DNA of 64,000 nucleotides from Paludibacteraceae bacterium (GCA_016302585.1 JAEDNI010000001.1:17412-81411), one strand, 5' to 3'; numbered from the stretch's first letter, positions 1 to 10,700 are shown. A program made the numbers and translations. Notes: generated from the sequence alone by a model not told the origin.

Positions 1-1464
1 ACGTTCCGAGAGTTACGCGCTACGACCCGATTGGAGTTAACGCAATGGCCGCTATTAGGTTACGAGAGTGATTTCGGCGGACATGGTGTTGGGCACTTAA
101 GTTTAGAGGCTGCTTTCACTTGGGGTAAAATCACGATAGGCGATGTATATGGGCAGTTCGGATCGGGTCTGATTCTGGATCTATACGAGGACCGTGGCAT
201 TGGTATCGATGGAGCGCTACGCGGTGCGAAGATAACATTAGAGCCGTATAAAGGTATTCAGTTGCAAATGATAGGCGGTAAACAGCGACGTTATTGGAGT
301 TGCTATAAAGACCATGCCTGGGGCTGGAACTACACCCGCGATGCGACGATAGGCGGCGATGCGGAGATACATATTGAGCAATGGGTACCGAAGATGCAAG
401 CGCTGGATATGCGTTGGATGCTTGGCGGCAGTTATGTATCGAAATACGAGGCACCAGACACTATTATTGTGCCACAAGCCGGGGCGTTATACATGTATAA
501 CCTACCTCGCTGGGTGGGAGCCGGAGATGTACGGACGGAATGGCAGATGAAGGATGTGAACCTATTGATCGAGTACGCACGCAAAGCCAATGATCCGTGT
601 TTAGACAACGGATTCAGTTACCGAGACGGTGAAGCTTTGTTCATCAGTGCCGTTTATTCTCGCAAGGGATTTTCCGTATTGGCCCAAGTGAAGCGTACGG
701 ATAATATGACATTTCGCTCCGAACGCATGCGCACGGGTATTGCCGGACGACTGAATCACATGCCGGCTTTCGCGGAGCAACACACCTATGCCTTAGCGGC
801 GATGTATCCCTACGTAACGCAGTACAACAGCGGTGAGTGGGCATTTCAAGCGACCTTGCGCTATACATGGCCGCGCAAGACGAAGATGGGTGGAAAATAT
901 GGCACGACGATTAAAGTGAGTGCGGCTCATATTCGCGGATTGGCAGCCCCCGGCAGTTGGGATATCGATAAGACGAATGAGGGCGAGTATTATACGGATG
1001 TCAATATCGAGTTGAATAAGCGCATAGCGAAACGCTGGTGGCTTAACGCGATGCTGATGTACCAGAATTACAACCAGAAGATTATTGAAGGGCATGGTAG
1101 TTTTATTCGTTCCGGTATTGCGGTTGTAGACGCTCGTTATCAAGTGAACAACAATATCTCCATGCGAGGAGAATTACAATATATGTATTCACCCGATTAC
1201 AGGGGACAGTGGGTGTTTGCATTATATGAATTAAGTCTCTATCATCACTGGATGATCAGTGGTGAATGGAAGTATAACATAGGTGGTGCGGCAGAGGCAA
1301 CCCATGAACACTTCTACACGGCGGCGTTGACATACACCCATGGTGCACATCGCGCGATGGTAGGTTACACGAAGACGCAAGAAGGTTTTCACTGCGCGGG
1401 AGGTGTTTGTCGCTATGTACCGAAACAAGAAGGCGTATGCGCAAGTTATTCCTTTACATGGTGA
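1..1464 (+). CDS. Outer-membrane beta-barrel protein, 5'-truncated by the window edge (DUF6029-like by recollection)
   Basis: Frame 1 is open from base 1, so the TTG at 31 is not a real start. The sequence has an alternating beta-strand-like pattern and ends ...CASYSFTW, an aromatic C-terminus typical of OM barrels. It sits next to Omp28-like lipoproteins. Confidence 0.5.
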   Translation, partial: TFRELRATTRLELTQWPLLGYESDFGGHGVGHLSLEAAFTWGKITIGDVYGQFGSGLILDLYEDRGIGIDGALRGAKITLEPYKGIQLQMIGGKQRRYWSCYKDHAWGWNYTRDATIGGDAEIHIEQWVPKMQALDMRWMLGGSYVSKYEAPDTIIVPQAGALYMYNLPRWVGAGDVRTEWQMKDVNLLIEYARKANDPCLDNGFSYRDGEALFISAVYSRKGFSVLAQVKRTDNMTFRSERMRTGIAGRLNHMPAFAEQHTYALAAMYPYVTQYNSGEWAFQATLRYTWPRKTKMGGKYGTTIKVSAAHIRGLAAPGSWDIDKTNEGEYYTDVNIELNKRIAKRWWLNAMLMYQNYNQKIIEGHGSFIRSGIAVVDARYQVNNNISMRGELQYMYSPDYRGQWVFALYELSLYHHWMISGEWKYNIGGAAEATHEHFYTAALTYTHGAHRAMVGYTKTQEGFHCAGGVCRYVPKQEGVCASYSFTW

Positions 1465-2237
1465 TTGGTCTGCTTTGCAGTTGCGAAGTGATCAAGGAGG
1501 AAGATCGGTTGATTCCGGTTCCTACCCCTGTGACCAATAGTCGCACGCATGTACTATTGGAGTACACGGGTTTTCGCTGCGTCAACTGTCCCACTGCTGC
1601 GCAGACAGCGCAAGCGCTGCAGGAGTTATATGGCGAGCAGTTGATTGTGGTGGCACTGCATCCGGCTTCAAATCCTTTCACGCAGGGTTTATATGATTAC
1701 ACCTGTCCGGAAGCAGACAGTTTATACCTCTACATGGGCGGCACAGCCACCACACCATTCCCTGCGGGGAACATCGACCTGCAAGCGACTGATAATCGAT
1801 ATTTCTATGACTACAACGAGTGGTCAGGAGAGTTGATTCGCGCCATGCAGCAAGATACGATATGGCCGTATTTAGGCGTAACGACTGAAACGGATATCGA
1901 ACAGCAGACGATAGACGTAGAGGTATTGGCATACTCAGAAAAAGCCTTAGACACTCGTTTGGCAATCTGGTTGGTTGAAGACAGTATCCATGGTGCTCAA
2001 GCGATGCCGGATGGGTCGGTTAACACCGATTATTACCATCGACATGTACTACGTGCGGCGTTGAACGGGTGCCCATGGGGAGAACCGATATTGCTGCAGA
2101 ACACGGCCTCGCAGTACAAGTACACGATGCCGATACCCGCTCGGTGCAATGCAGCGAACTGTCATATCGTGGCACTTTTATTAGATCAAGATAACTATCG
2201 AATATTACAAGCATATGAAACGAATTTGGATGATTAG
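1437..2237 (+). CDS. Omp28-related, thioredoxin-fold-like lipoprotein with a CxxC motif
   Basis: An internal ATG gives MRKLFLYMVIGLLCSC (lipobox). The motif EYTGFRCVNCP is paralogous to EEFTGQGCGYCP in the gene at 2775. I trimmed the start from the 1407 ORF start. Confidence 0.6.
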   Translation: MRKLFLYMVIGLLCSCEVIKEEDRLIPVPTPVTNSRTHVLLEYTGFRCVNCPTAAQTAQALQELYGEQLIVVALHPASNPFTQGLYDYTCPEADSLYLYMGGTATTPFPAGNIDLQATDNRYFYDYNEWSGELIRAMQQDTIWPYLGVTTETDIEQQTIDVEVLAYSEKALDTRLAIWLVEDSIHGAQAMPDGSVNTDYYHRHVLRAALNGCPWGEPILLQNTASQYKYTMPIPARCNAANCHIVALLLDQDNYRILQAYETNLDD

Positions 2238-2748
2238 TGCAGTATTCTGCATGATGACCATGAGTGCACAAGCCATCGAAGTGGAAGTAGACGGACAAGG
2301 AGAAGTGCCGGAAGGAGAAGGCCTGGAGTTCACCGTGAATGAGGCCAGTATTGACCCGCTTTCGGGTCTCCCTGTGATGGGCGTAGAAGGAACGCTGATC
2401 AGCAGCGGTGCCCTGCAGGTAAGTATCACGCGTTCGTCAACCGGCTTGACAGATGAGTTCTGTTGCGCAGGGCAATGCCAGGCCGGAAATGGCGAAACGA
2501 CACAGTTACTGAATTATAATCCGTCGGATTTTGCGACCTGGTATATACATTATAATCCGGCAGCAGGATCGAATGAAACCATCACTTATACCTTCAAGGA
2601 TACAGAAGGCAGCCTGACGCTGACAGTGCACTTTAACTACGAATCGCAGGACGTGGAGCAAGTTTCCGATACCTACAAGGGTACGCAGAAGATACTGAAG
2701 GACGGCATAGTACTTATCATAAAAGATGATAAGGTTTATCATTTATGA
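2215..2748 (+). CDS. Small secreted hypothetical protein with a conserved C-terminal tail
   Basis: Signal peptide MKRIWMISAVFCMMTMSAQA, Cys-rich CCAGQCQAG, and a tail ending KILKDGIVLIIKDDKVYHL. Confidence 0.6.
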   Translation: MKRIWMISAVFCMMTMSAQAIEVEVDGQGEVPEGEGLEFTVNEASIDPLSGLPVMGVEGTLISSGALQVSITRSSTGLTDEFCCAGQCQAGNGETTQLLNYNPSDFATWYIHYNPAAGSNETITYTFKDTEGSLTLTVHFNYESQDVEQVSDTYKGTQKILKDGIVLIIKDDKVYHL

Positions 2749-2774
2749 TTTGAGATTTTAAAATTTTTATCGAT

Positions 2775-4139
2775 ATGAAACGTTTATTTATAGCTTTGTT
2801 GAGCTTAGCCGCTTTGACATTCACAGCATGTAACACTAACAATCCAGACGGACCGGTTCCTGATTCGTTCCCGAAGAAACACTTGATTGAAGAATTCACG
2901 GGTCAAGGCTGTGGTTATTGCCCTTATGGTATGAATTGTATCAGTGACTTCACTGCCAATGACACCAATTTCATCGTTATACTGCATCACTATGGTTACA
3001 AGCAAGATCACTTTACGGTAAGCGGCAGTAAAACCATCACCAATACTTTGGGCGTAAACGGTGCTCCGAGTATGACTATTGACCGAGCCAAGACAAAGAC
3101 TGAAAAAGGTAGCCAAACGGTTTTCCACCCGGGTTATCTGCCTACGACAGATAAGGCTCAGTTTGCTACCACGACCTATGCATCAATCGAGATAAAGAAC
3201 AGTTACAATCCCGATTCGCGTGTGCTGACAGCACGTATCTCGGGTGCAGTTTGCACCAATGATCATCCGGAATTGTATCTGACTATTATGGTCAAAGAGT
3301 CCGGCATGCTGGACGTTCAAGCTGACTATTTAGGCAGTTTCGAAGGTTGGAAAGAATTCCGTCATACCAATGCTGTTCGCGCTTTTCTGACGGACGCCAA
3401 GGGTGATGTAGTTACGATAAAAAAGCAACGTTACGAAACTGAATACTCGGTGGTATTGGATGATAACTGGGTTCCGGAGAACTGTATGGTTGTTGCTATT
3501 CTGAGCGAGAACTTCAAGCCAATTATTCAGGCGGAGGAACGTCCGGTGATAGAGGGTACCACAGGTGGTGCAGATATTGAGTGTGGAGGAGTGACCCCGT
3601 ATCCGGTAGCCGACTATTACCCGGAGCCGAGTGCCACGTATGGCCCCAGTGTGTATTCGGGAAAAGAAGCCGATACCCTGACCATCTCTCAAACAGCGAT
3701 TACCGGACGAGAGTCAGATATCAATGAATGGACCATCATGGCTGCAGATCCGGATGGTAATGTTAAGGTAAACGGAACGCGTTGTATTCCGTTCGTATAT
3801 CTATATTTATATGTTGCTTCGGATGCTACTACTCTTCCGACAGGCACGTATGAGTTGAATCGTTCGGGTCAAATTGGAACGGCATACGCCGGTTATCGCA
3901 ACGATGAGCTTCAGCAATTGGAAGGATGTATCTTCTATTACACCGGAAGAAGTTCATACAGACAAGGTCATCTGGATCCAAAGGCGACATGGATGATTGC
4001 AGATGGTACACTCACCATTACAGAAGAGGGATGGGAACTGATTGGTCATACCCGAAACGGAGCGGATATCCATTTGGTAGGTTCCACACCTATCAAAGAT
4101 GTCAATGCTTCTGCTCCTGCTAAACTGAAGAGGTTATGA
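2775..4139 (+). CDS. Omp28-related lipoprotein with a CxxC motif
   Basis: Lipobox MKRLFIALLSLAALTFTAC and the motif EEFTGQGCGYCPYG. 454 aa. Confidence 0.65.
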   Translation: MKRLFIALLSLAALTFTACNTNNPDGPVPDSFPKKHLIEEFTGQGCGYCPYGMNCISDFTANDTNFIVILHHYGYKQDHFTVSGSKTITNTLGVNGAPSMTIDRAKTKTEKGSQTVFHPGYLPTTDKAQFATTTYASIEIKNSYNPDSRVLTARISGAVCTNDHPELYLTIMVKESGMLDVQADYLGSFEGWKEFRHTNAVRAFLTDAKGDVVTIKKQRYETEYSVVLDDNWVPENCMVVAILSENFKPIIQAEERPVIEGTTGGADIECGGVTPYPVADYYPEPSATYGPSVYSGKEADTLTISQTAITGRESDINEWTIMAADPDGNVKVNGTRCIPFVYLYLYVASDATTLPTGTYELNRSGQIGTAYAGYRNDELQQLEGCIFYYTGRSSYRQGHLDPKATWMIADGTLTITEEGWELIGHTRNGADIHLVGSTPIKDVNASAPAKLKRL

Positions 4140-7100
4140 GTTTTACCCACTTACATGTCCACTCTCATTACTCGCTCTTAGACGGATTGTCGAAGGTCGA
4201 GGAGATCGTTGATAAGTGTATTGCCTCCGGGATGAACTCGGTGGCATTGACCGACCATGGTAACATGTACGGAATCAAGGATCTGCTTGACTATTGCAAG
4301 AAAATCAACAAAGCACGTAAAGAGGATGGTTTAGAGCCATTCAAGCCGATCGTAGGATGCGAGGCATACTGTGCTCGTCGCGGTCGTTTATCCAAGAAAG
4401 AGGATAAAGCGGTGAACGCAGAAGGGCGCACATATGTCATCGATCGTTCAGGTTGGCACCTGATCCTACTGGCGAAGAACATGGAGGGTTATCATAACTT
4501 ATGCCGATTGGTATCACATGGCTATATGTCCGATGCGTTCTATCATACGCCGCGTATCGATAAAGAACTATTGGAGAAATGGCATGAAGGGATTATCTGC
4601 AGTTCGGCCTGTCTGGGTGGCGAGTTACCACAGAAAGTGTTGGATGGCCTTGCGAAAAACGACTTCAGCGAAGCGGAAGAGACTATTCAATGGTTTAAGA
4701 ACCTCTTTGGCGAAGATTATTATATCGAGCTACAGCGCCATGAGACGCAGAAACCAGGTGGAGACCAAGAGGTATATGAACGTCAGAAACAGGTCAACCC
4801 TGTGCTTATTGAGTTAGCACGCAAACACGGCGTGAAGATCATTGCCACCAACGATAGTCACTTTGTGAATGAAGAGGATGCAGAGGCGCATGATCGATTG
4901 ATATGCCTCAGCACAAACCACTATGTGAATGATATCAATCGTATGCACTATACGAAGCAGGAGTGGCTTAAGACACCGGAGGAAATGGAGGCTATCTTCA
5001 ACGATATACCCGAAGCTATCACGAATACACAGGAGATCGCAGATAAGGTAGAGATATACAATATCGATCACGATCCTATCATGCCGAAGTTCGATATCCC
5101 GGCTTCGTTCGGTAAAGAGGAAGATTATCCGGATCGACTGGCTTTCGAAGCCGCATACCTGCGTCACTTGACGATGGAAGGCGCGCTGGAGCGCTACGGC
5201 AAAGAGCGATTGGAGACCGATGAGGTGCTCAAAGAGCGAATTGAATTCGAGTTGAACACCATCATCTCGATGGGTTTCCCGGGCTATTTCCTGATCGTGA
5301 TGGATTTCATTCGTGCGGCCCGTGAAGAACTGGATGTCAGTGTGGGGCCCGGACGTGGATCGGCTGCCGGATCGGTAGTAGCGTACTGTTTAAAGATCAC
5401 TGACCTGGATCCGCTGAAATATGATTTACTGTTCGAGCGATTCTTGAATCCGGACCGTATCTCTTTGCCGGATATCGATACGGACTTCGAAGATTGCGGT
5501 CGCGGTAAAGTGCTGGATTACGTGAGTCGTAAATACGGCGAGACACATGTGGCACATATCGTGACATACGGTAAGATGGCAACCAAATCGGCTTTGGCGG
5601 ATGTAGGACGTGTGCAACAGGTGCCCCTTGCTTTTGTGAATGAATTAAAGGGCTACGTACCAGATCGTGATTTCCCGGATACGGTATTAAAGAGTCTACC
5701 TCCCGGCGCCAAGAAGCCGAAGGTGAACTTGAAAAACTGCTATAAGTACATCGATGAGTTAAAACGCGAGTACGAGACAGGTGATCCGAATACCCGCTCG
5801 ATGTTGGAATACGCGGCTCGCCTGGAAGGTACGATTCGTCAAGTAGGTGTGCATGCCTGCGGAGTGATCATCGGCGCGGATGACTTGACCAACTTCGCGC
5901 CGCTGAGTTCGGTAGAAGATAAGAACAGCAAGAAACGTGTGCTGGTAACGGAATACGACGGACATGTGGTAGAGAGTGTTGGTCTAATTAAGATGGACTT
6001 CCTCGGCCTCATCACCTTGACCATCATCAAGGAATGTCTGCGAAACGTCAAGAAAGCACGCGGTATTGATATCGACATCGATCATATACCCATTGATGAT
6101 GAGTTGACCTATAAGTTGTTCCAAGAGGGACGAACGGTAGCAGTGTTCCAGTTTGAGTCGGCAGGTATGCAGAAATACCTGCGCGAACTGCAGCCAACCG
6201 TAATCGGTGACTTAATCGCCATGAATGCCCTTTATCGACCGGGACCGATGGATTATATCCCGCAGTTCATCAAGCGTAAACAGGGTATCGAGCCTGTGAC
6301 GTACGATATACCAGTGATGGAGAAATACCTCAAAGACACCTATGGTGTGACGGTATATCAGGAGCAAGTGATGTTGCTGAGTCGATTGCTGGCTAACTTC
6401 ACCCGCGGCGAGAGTGATAAACTCCGTAAGGCTATGGGTAAGAAGCAGATGGATGTATTGGCGTCACTGCAGGATAAGTTTATGTCCGGCGGCAAGGCGA
6501 ACGGACACGACGAAAAGGTGCTGACGAAAATATGGGAAGACTGGAAGAAATTCGCCTCCTATGCATTTAATAAGTCGCATGCCGCTTGCTACTCCTGGGT
6601 GGCTTATCAGACAGGATACCTCAAAGCGCACTACCCTGCTGAGTTCATGGCAGCGAACCTCACCGTCCACAAAGACGACATCAAGGAAGTGACGAAACTC
6701 ATGGACGAGTGTCGTGCTTTGGGGCTGAGTGTATTAGAGCCTGATGTGAATGAATCCGAGTTATCGTTTACGGTAAATAGCAAGGGTGCAATCCGATTTG
6801 GTCTGGGTGGCATCAAGGGTGTAGGTGAAGGAGCAGTAGAAGCCATCATCAGCGAACGGGAGAAAAACGGTAAATACACCAGTATCTTTGATTTCCTCGA
6901 GCGTGTGAACCTGCAAAGTTGTAATAAGAAGACTATTGAAAATCTGGCTAAAGCGGGTGCTTTCGAATGCTTCGATGACATCTACCGAGAACAGTTCTTC
7001 GGCACAGATGAAATCGGTAACACTGGTCTGGAGTTGCTAATGAACTACGGCAATAAATGGCAGGCCGACAAAGCAGTTAATTCCAATTCGCTCTTCGGCG

Positions 7101-7963
7101 ACTTAGCCGATGCGATTGAGATCAAACATCCGGATCTGCCTCAAGTACCTCGCTGGGACACGATTGAACGACTTAACAAAGAGAAAGACCTGATTGGTAT
7201 CTACCTCTCTGCGCACCCGCTGGATGAGTTCGAATTCGAATTGCGCGAACTTTGCAATGTAACGACGAATGAGTTGTCGCAATTCGAGAAATGGCGTAAA
7301 CCGGAGGAACGTGCAGAAGCAGAGAAACGCATTAAAATTGAGTTGGCAGAGAACGATGAAGAAATGGACGAACGTCCTATCATTCCTTCGGAGTTTATCG
7401 CAGCGCATAAGAATCAAGCTTGTCTCTTAGGCGGACTTATCACTTCGGCGGAACAACGCATCAGTCAGAAAGGTAATCCGTACGGACGTTACACGATAGA
7501 GGACTATAGCGGCAGTTATGAGTTTGCGCTCTTCGGCAATGCCTATACCAATTTCGGCCACCTATTACTCAAAGACCTGTATGTGCTCGTGCAAGGCGTT
7601 GTTCAACAGCGTGGAGCCGGACAAAAATGGTTCAGAGAAGGGCCTGATGAGAAAGCGGAGTTTGAGTTCGTGGTGCAAAGCGTGGAGACACTCAATGAGA
7701 CGCAGAAGAAACGCAGTGAAGGTATTCAGATTCGGTTAGCGTTAGAGGCTGTTACACCGGAACTGATCGATGAATTAGCAGATAAAATCAAAGAAAACCC
7801 GGGGCAAGGCCGACTGCATGTGACGGTATTTAACCCGCTGAATAAACAGCAGGTTGCGTTAACCAGTCGATCCCTTCCGATTCATGTTACACCACGATTC
7901 TATAAATGGTTAGTACTCAAGCGCGCAGAAGACGTATTGGAGTTCGCCGTAAGTGAAAAATAA
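4136..7963 (+). CDS. dnaE: DNA polymerase III alpha subunit
   Basis: 1275 aa. PHP-domain start MSFTHLHVHSHYSLLDG, GPGRGSAAGS, and FNKSHAACYS motifs. Confidence 0.97.
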   Translation: MSFTHLHVHSHYSLLDGLSKVEEIVDKCIASGMNSVALTDHGNMYGIKDLLDYCKKINKARKEDGLEPFKPIVGCEAYCARRGRLSKKEDKAVNAEGRTYVIDRSGWHLILLAKNMEGYHNLCRLVSHGYMSDAFYHTPRIDKELLEKWHEGIICSSACLGGELPQKVLDGLAKNDFSEAEETIQWFKNLFGEDYYIELQRHETQKPGGDQEVYERQKQVNPVLIELARKHGVKIIATNDSHFVNEEDAEAHDRLICLSTNHYVNDINRMHYTKQEWLKTPEEMEAIFNDIPEAITNTQEIADKVEIYNIDHDPIMPKFDIPASFGKEEDYPDRLAFEAAYLRHLTMEGALERYGKERLETDEVLKERIEFELNTIISMGFPGYFLIVMDFIRAAREELDVSVGPGRGSAAGSVVAYCLKITDLDPLKYDLLFERFLNPDRISLPDIDTDFEDCGRGKVLDYVSRKYGETHVAHIVTYGKMATKSALADVGRVQQVPLAFVNELKGYVPDRDFPDTVLKSLPPGAKKPKVNLKNCYKYIDELKREYETGDPNTRSMLEYAARLEGTIRQVGVHACGVIIGADDLTNFAPLSSVEDKNSKKRVLVTEYDGHVVESVGLIKMDFLGLITLTIIKECLRNVKKARGIDIDIDHIPIDDELTYKLFQEGRTVAVFQFESAGMQKYLRELQPTVIGDLIAMNALYRPGPMDYIPQFIKRKQGIEPVTYDIPVMEKYLKDTYGVTVYQEQVMLLSRLLANFTRGESDKLRKAMGKKQMDVLASLQDKFMSGGKANGHDEKVLTKIWEDWKKFASYAFNKSHAACYSWVAYQTGYLKAHYPAEFMAANLTVHKDDIKEVTKLMDECRALGLSVLEPDVNESELSFTVNSKGAIRFGLGGIKGVGEGAVEAIISEREKNGKYTSIFDFLERVNLQSCNKKTIENLAKAGAFECFDDIYREQFFGTDEIGNTGLELLMNYGNKWQADKAVNSNSLFGDLADAIEIKHPDLPQVPRWDTIERLNKEKDLIGIYLSAHPLDEFEFELRELCNVTTNELSQFEKWRKPEERAEAEKRIKIELAENDEEMDERPIIPSEFIAAHKNQACLLGGLITSAEQRISQKGNPYGRYTIEDYSGSYEFALFGNAYTNFGHLLLKDLYVLVQGVVQQRGAGQKWFREGPDEKAEFEFVVQSVETLNETQKKRSEGIQIRLALEAVTPELIDELADKIKENPGQGRLHVTVFNPLNKQQVALTSRSLPIHVTPRFYKWLVLKRAEDVLEFAVSEK

Positions 7964-7964
7964 C

Positions 7965-9200
7965 GTGAATTATAACGAAGCTGTCACATATCTGTATGCG
8001 TCTCGTCCACCTTTTCACATGGTGGGTGCAACAGCCTATAAACCGGGATTGGAGAACACGCTCCGGTTGCTGGAACAGGTAGGCAATCCGCATGAGCAAC
8101 TGCGTACTATACATGTAGCAGGAACAAACGGAAAGGGTTCGACGTGTCATTTGATTGCCGCAGCCTTGCAGGCCTCCGGACTGAAAGTAGGATTATTCAC
8201 CAGTCCGCATCTGGTAAGTTTGACCGAACGCATTCGCATCAATGGACAATCAATACCGGAAGCGGACGTAGCGGCATTTGTGACGAAGCACCACGCCCTT
8301 TTAGAGGCATTGCAACCTTCGTTCTTCGAAACAATGACGGCCATGGCTTTCGCGTATTTCGTACGCGAGCAAGTAGATATCGCCGTAGTAGAAGTAGGGT
8401 TAGGCGGACGGTTAGACAGCACGAATGTGCTGCACCCTATCCTATCCGTCATCACCAATATCGGGATGGACCATACGGAGTTTTTAGGTACTACCTTGAC
8501 GGCTATTGCCAGTGAGAAAGCAGGGATCATCAAGCCACGCGTGACCTGTATCATCGGCGAGACAAACGAAGAGACGGAGCCGGTGTTTAGGGAAAGAGCA
8601 GCAGAGTGCGAAGCGGAACTCGTCTTTGCCGACCAATGTGAGTATCTGCGTCAGTGTCGAGTTCGTTATGCCACAGAGTGCGAACTCAAAGGACTGTATC
8701 AGGAACATAACCTACAGACGGCTTTTGTGGCCCTGCGTGCATTGCATATCAGGCATGAGGCTATAGCAGAAGGTTTTGCAAATGTATGTCGTATGACGGG
8801 GTTGCGAGGCCGATGGGATACGTTACAAGAACGACCATTGGTGATATGCGACACGGGACATAACAGCCATGGACTGCAATACGTGGCGCGTCAACTGCAG
8901 ACACTGCCACACCCGCATATATGGATTGTATTCGGGATGGTGAATGATAAAGACACGGAGGTAGTGATGCACCTTATGCCGCATGGCGAGCGATACCATT
9001 ATATCTTCACGACACCGAATACGCAGCGAGCACGCAGCGCACAGGAGATGTTAGAAATATGGGGCAAAGAGGGTATCGCTCTCGAAAATCCCAAAGAAGC
9101 TATTCAGTTCGCACAGGAGCATGCAGCAGAAGAGGACGCCATCTTTATCGGAGGCAGTAATTACTTAGTATCAGATGCTATATCACGTTTTACATATTAA
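7965..9200 (+). CDS. folC: Bifunctional folylpolyglutamate synthase / dihydrofolate synthase
   Basis: Mur-ligase P-loop HVAGTNGKGST. I prefer the GTG at 7965, just after the dnaE stop, over the ORF-track GTG at 7953. Confidence 0.9.
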   Translation: MNYNEAVTYLYASRPPFHMVGATAYKPGLENTLRLLEQVGNPHEQLRTIHVAGTNGKGSTCHLIAAALQASGLKVGLFTSPHLVSLTERIRINGQSIPEADVAAFVTKHHALLEALQPSFFETMTAMAFAYFVREQVDIAVVEVGLGGRLDSTNVLHPILSVITNIGMDHTEFLGTTLTAIASEKAGIIKPRVTCIIGETNEETEPVFRERAAECEAELVFADQCEYLRQCRVRYATECELKGLYQEHNLQTAFVALRALHIRHEAIAEGFANVCRMTGLRGRWDTLQERPLVICDTGHNSHGLQYVARQLQTLPHPHIWIVFGMVNDKDTEVVMHLMPHGERYHYIFTTPNTQRARSAQEMLEIWGKEGIALENPKEAIQFAQEHAAEEDAIFIGGSNYLVSDAISRFTY

Positions 9201-9966
9201 GACGGCTTTTGCCGAAGAATGGCAGAAAGACCTGTTTGACCAGCAGATATGCGAGTTAGGCGTCGATACAATAGATCAGAATGATTACTATATCCAGTCA
9301 GATACATGGGAGCGCGTTCAGAAACAGATAGAAACTTTATGCGCTAACAGCACAGGAGCGACGCTAATTGAAGCCGAAGCTTGCGAGGATAAGAACTGGA
9401 ATGAGACATGGGAACTGGACCATCCGATAGAGGAACTGCCGTTAGGCATTCGCATCGTACCCCATTGCGCGTTCGGAGCCGGACATCATGAGACGACAGC
9501 GATGATGATAGAAGCCTTAATGAATTTCAAATGTCAAATTTCAGATTTCAAGTTTAAGGTCCTTGACCATGGTACAGGCACCGGTGTGCTGGCTATCTTC
9601 GCAAAGCGTTTAGGTGCAACGCATGTACTGGCTATCGATATTGATGAGAAGAGTGTGATCAATGCGCAGGAGAACGCAGCGATAAACGGAGAAGAGATAG
9701 AGGTGCGATTAGGAGATCGTATTCCGGAAGACGCAGGTGCTTTCGATTTGATATTAGCCAATATCCATCGGAATATCCTACTGGCGAACATGGCCTTGTA
9801 TGCAGCGCATCTGAAACAAGGCGGACAAGTATGGCTCAGCGGATTCTATGATACAGATTGCGAGGTATTGATTCAAGCTGCAAATGCGAAGGGATTAGCG
9901 CCTATTGCCACGCATGCCAATCATGAATGGCGCATGATACAATTGCAAAAATCAAGCAATAGATAA
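9175..9966 (+). CDS. prmA: Ribosomal protein L11 methyltransferase
   Basis: FGAGHHETT and the SAM-binding VLDHGTGTGVLAI, then DIDEKSV. Overlaps the folC end by 26 nt. Confidence 0.85.
   Translation: MLYHVLHIKTAFAEEWQKDLFDQQICELGVDTIDQNDYYIQSDTWERVQKQIETLCANSTGATLIEAEACEDKNWNETWELDHPIEELPLGIRIVPHCAFGAGHHETTAMMIEALMNFKCQISDFKFKVLDHGTGTGVLAIFAKRLGATHVLAIDIDEKSVINAQENAAINGEEIEVRLGDRIPEDAGAFDLILANIHRNILLANMALYAAHLKQGGQVWLSGFYDTDCEVLIQAANAKGLAPIATHANHEWRMIQLQKSSNR
9523..9557. repeat. Heptamer array (A/G)ATTTCA x5 inside the prmA CDS
   Basis: aatttca aatgtca aatttca gatttca agtttaa. It encodes NFKCQISDFKFK just before the SAM-binding motif. Confidence 0.85.
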
Positions 9967-10664
9967 TGAAGCATTTAACAGAAAAATTCATCCCGATGTG
10001 GGAACTCAATCCCCTTTGGGCGACGTTAACGGAAGAGGAGCGCAAGACTGTAGCGCAACATGTGGAGATCGTGCAGTACGAGAAGAACGAACAGATCCGT
10101 AATGAAGGCGAGGAATCGCAGTATATCTGGATGTTGCTAAGTGGGAAAGTACGTATTTTCAAAGAGGGTATCGGTCAACGTATGCAAATTATTCGCTTGC
10201 TGAAACCCTACGATATCTTCGGTTATCGCGCTTGTACCTCCCGCGATGTATATAACTCAAGCGCCAGTGCGGTGGAGGCATGTAACCTCTATCGTTTAGA
10301 CCGGGAGATCTTTAACCAGTTGGTGCAGACCAACGGTGCGTTATGCTATCAGATTCTATTGATGATTGCGCGCGACTTAGCGGTGTCAGAACGTCAGACG
10401 GTAAACCTCACGCAGAAACATATTCGCGGCCGATTAGCAGAGAGTCTACTGTTGCTGCTGAAGAACTACGGTTATGAACAAGACGGACGAACGATAGCGA
10501 TGTTACTGCCGCGCGAAGACTTGGCCAATATGAGTAATATGACCACCAGCAACGCCATTCGCACGTTGAGTCAGTTTGCACAAGAAGGCTTGTTAACGCT
10601 CAACGGCCGCCACATCCAGATTCTGGACGAGAAGGAATTGGAAAAAATTTCACGCTTAGGATAA
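9966..10664 (+). CDS. Crp/Fnr family transcriptional regulator
   Basis: 232 aa. N-terminal cNMP-binding-like domain and a C-terminal HTH (RGRLAESLLLL ... MTTSNAIRTLSQF). TAATG stop/start overlap with prmA. Confidence 0.8.
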   Translation: MKHLTEKFIPMWELNPLWATLTEEERKTVAQHVEIVQYEKNEQIRNEGEESQYIWMLLSGKVRIFKEGIGQRMQIIRLLKPYDIFGYRACTSRDVYNSSASAVEACNLYRLDREIFNQLVQTNGALCYQILLMIARDLAVSERQTVNLTQKHIRGRLAESLLLLLKNYGYEQDGRTIAMLLPREDLANMSNMTTSNAIRTLSQFAQEGLLTLNGRHIQILDEKELEKISRLG

Positions 10665-10667
10665 GAC

Positions 10668-10700
10668 AAAAAAAAATCGCCTCAATTGGCGATTTTTTTA
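10668..10700. terminator. Bidirectional intrinsic terminator between convergent genes
   Basis: aaaaaaaATCGCCtcaattGGCGATttttttt. A GC stem is flanked by an A-run and a T-run. Confidence 0.8.
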
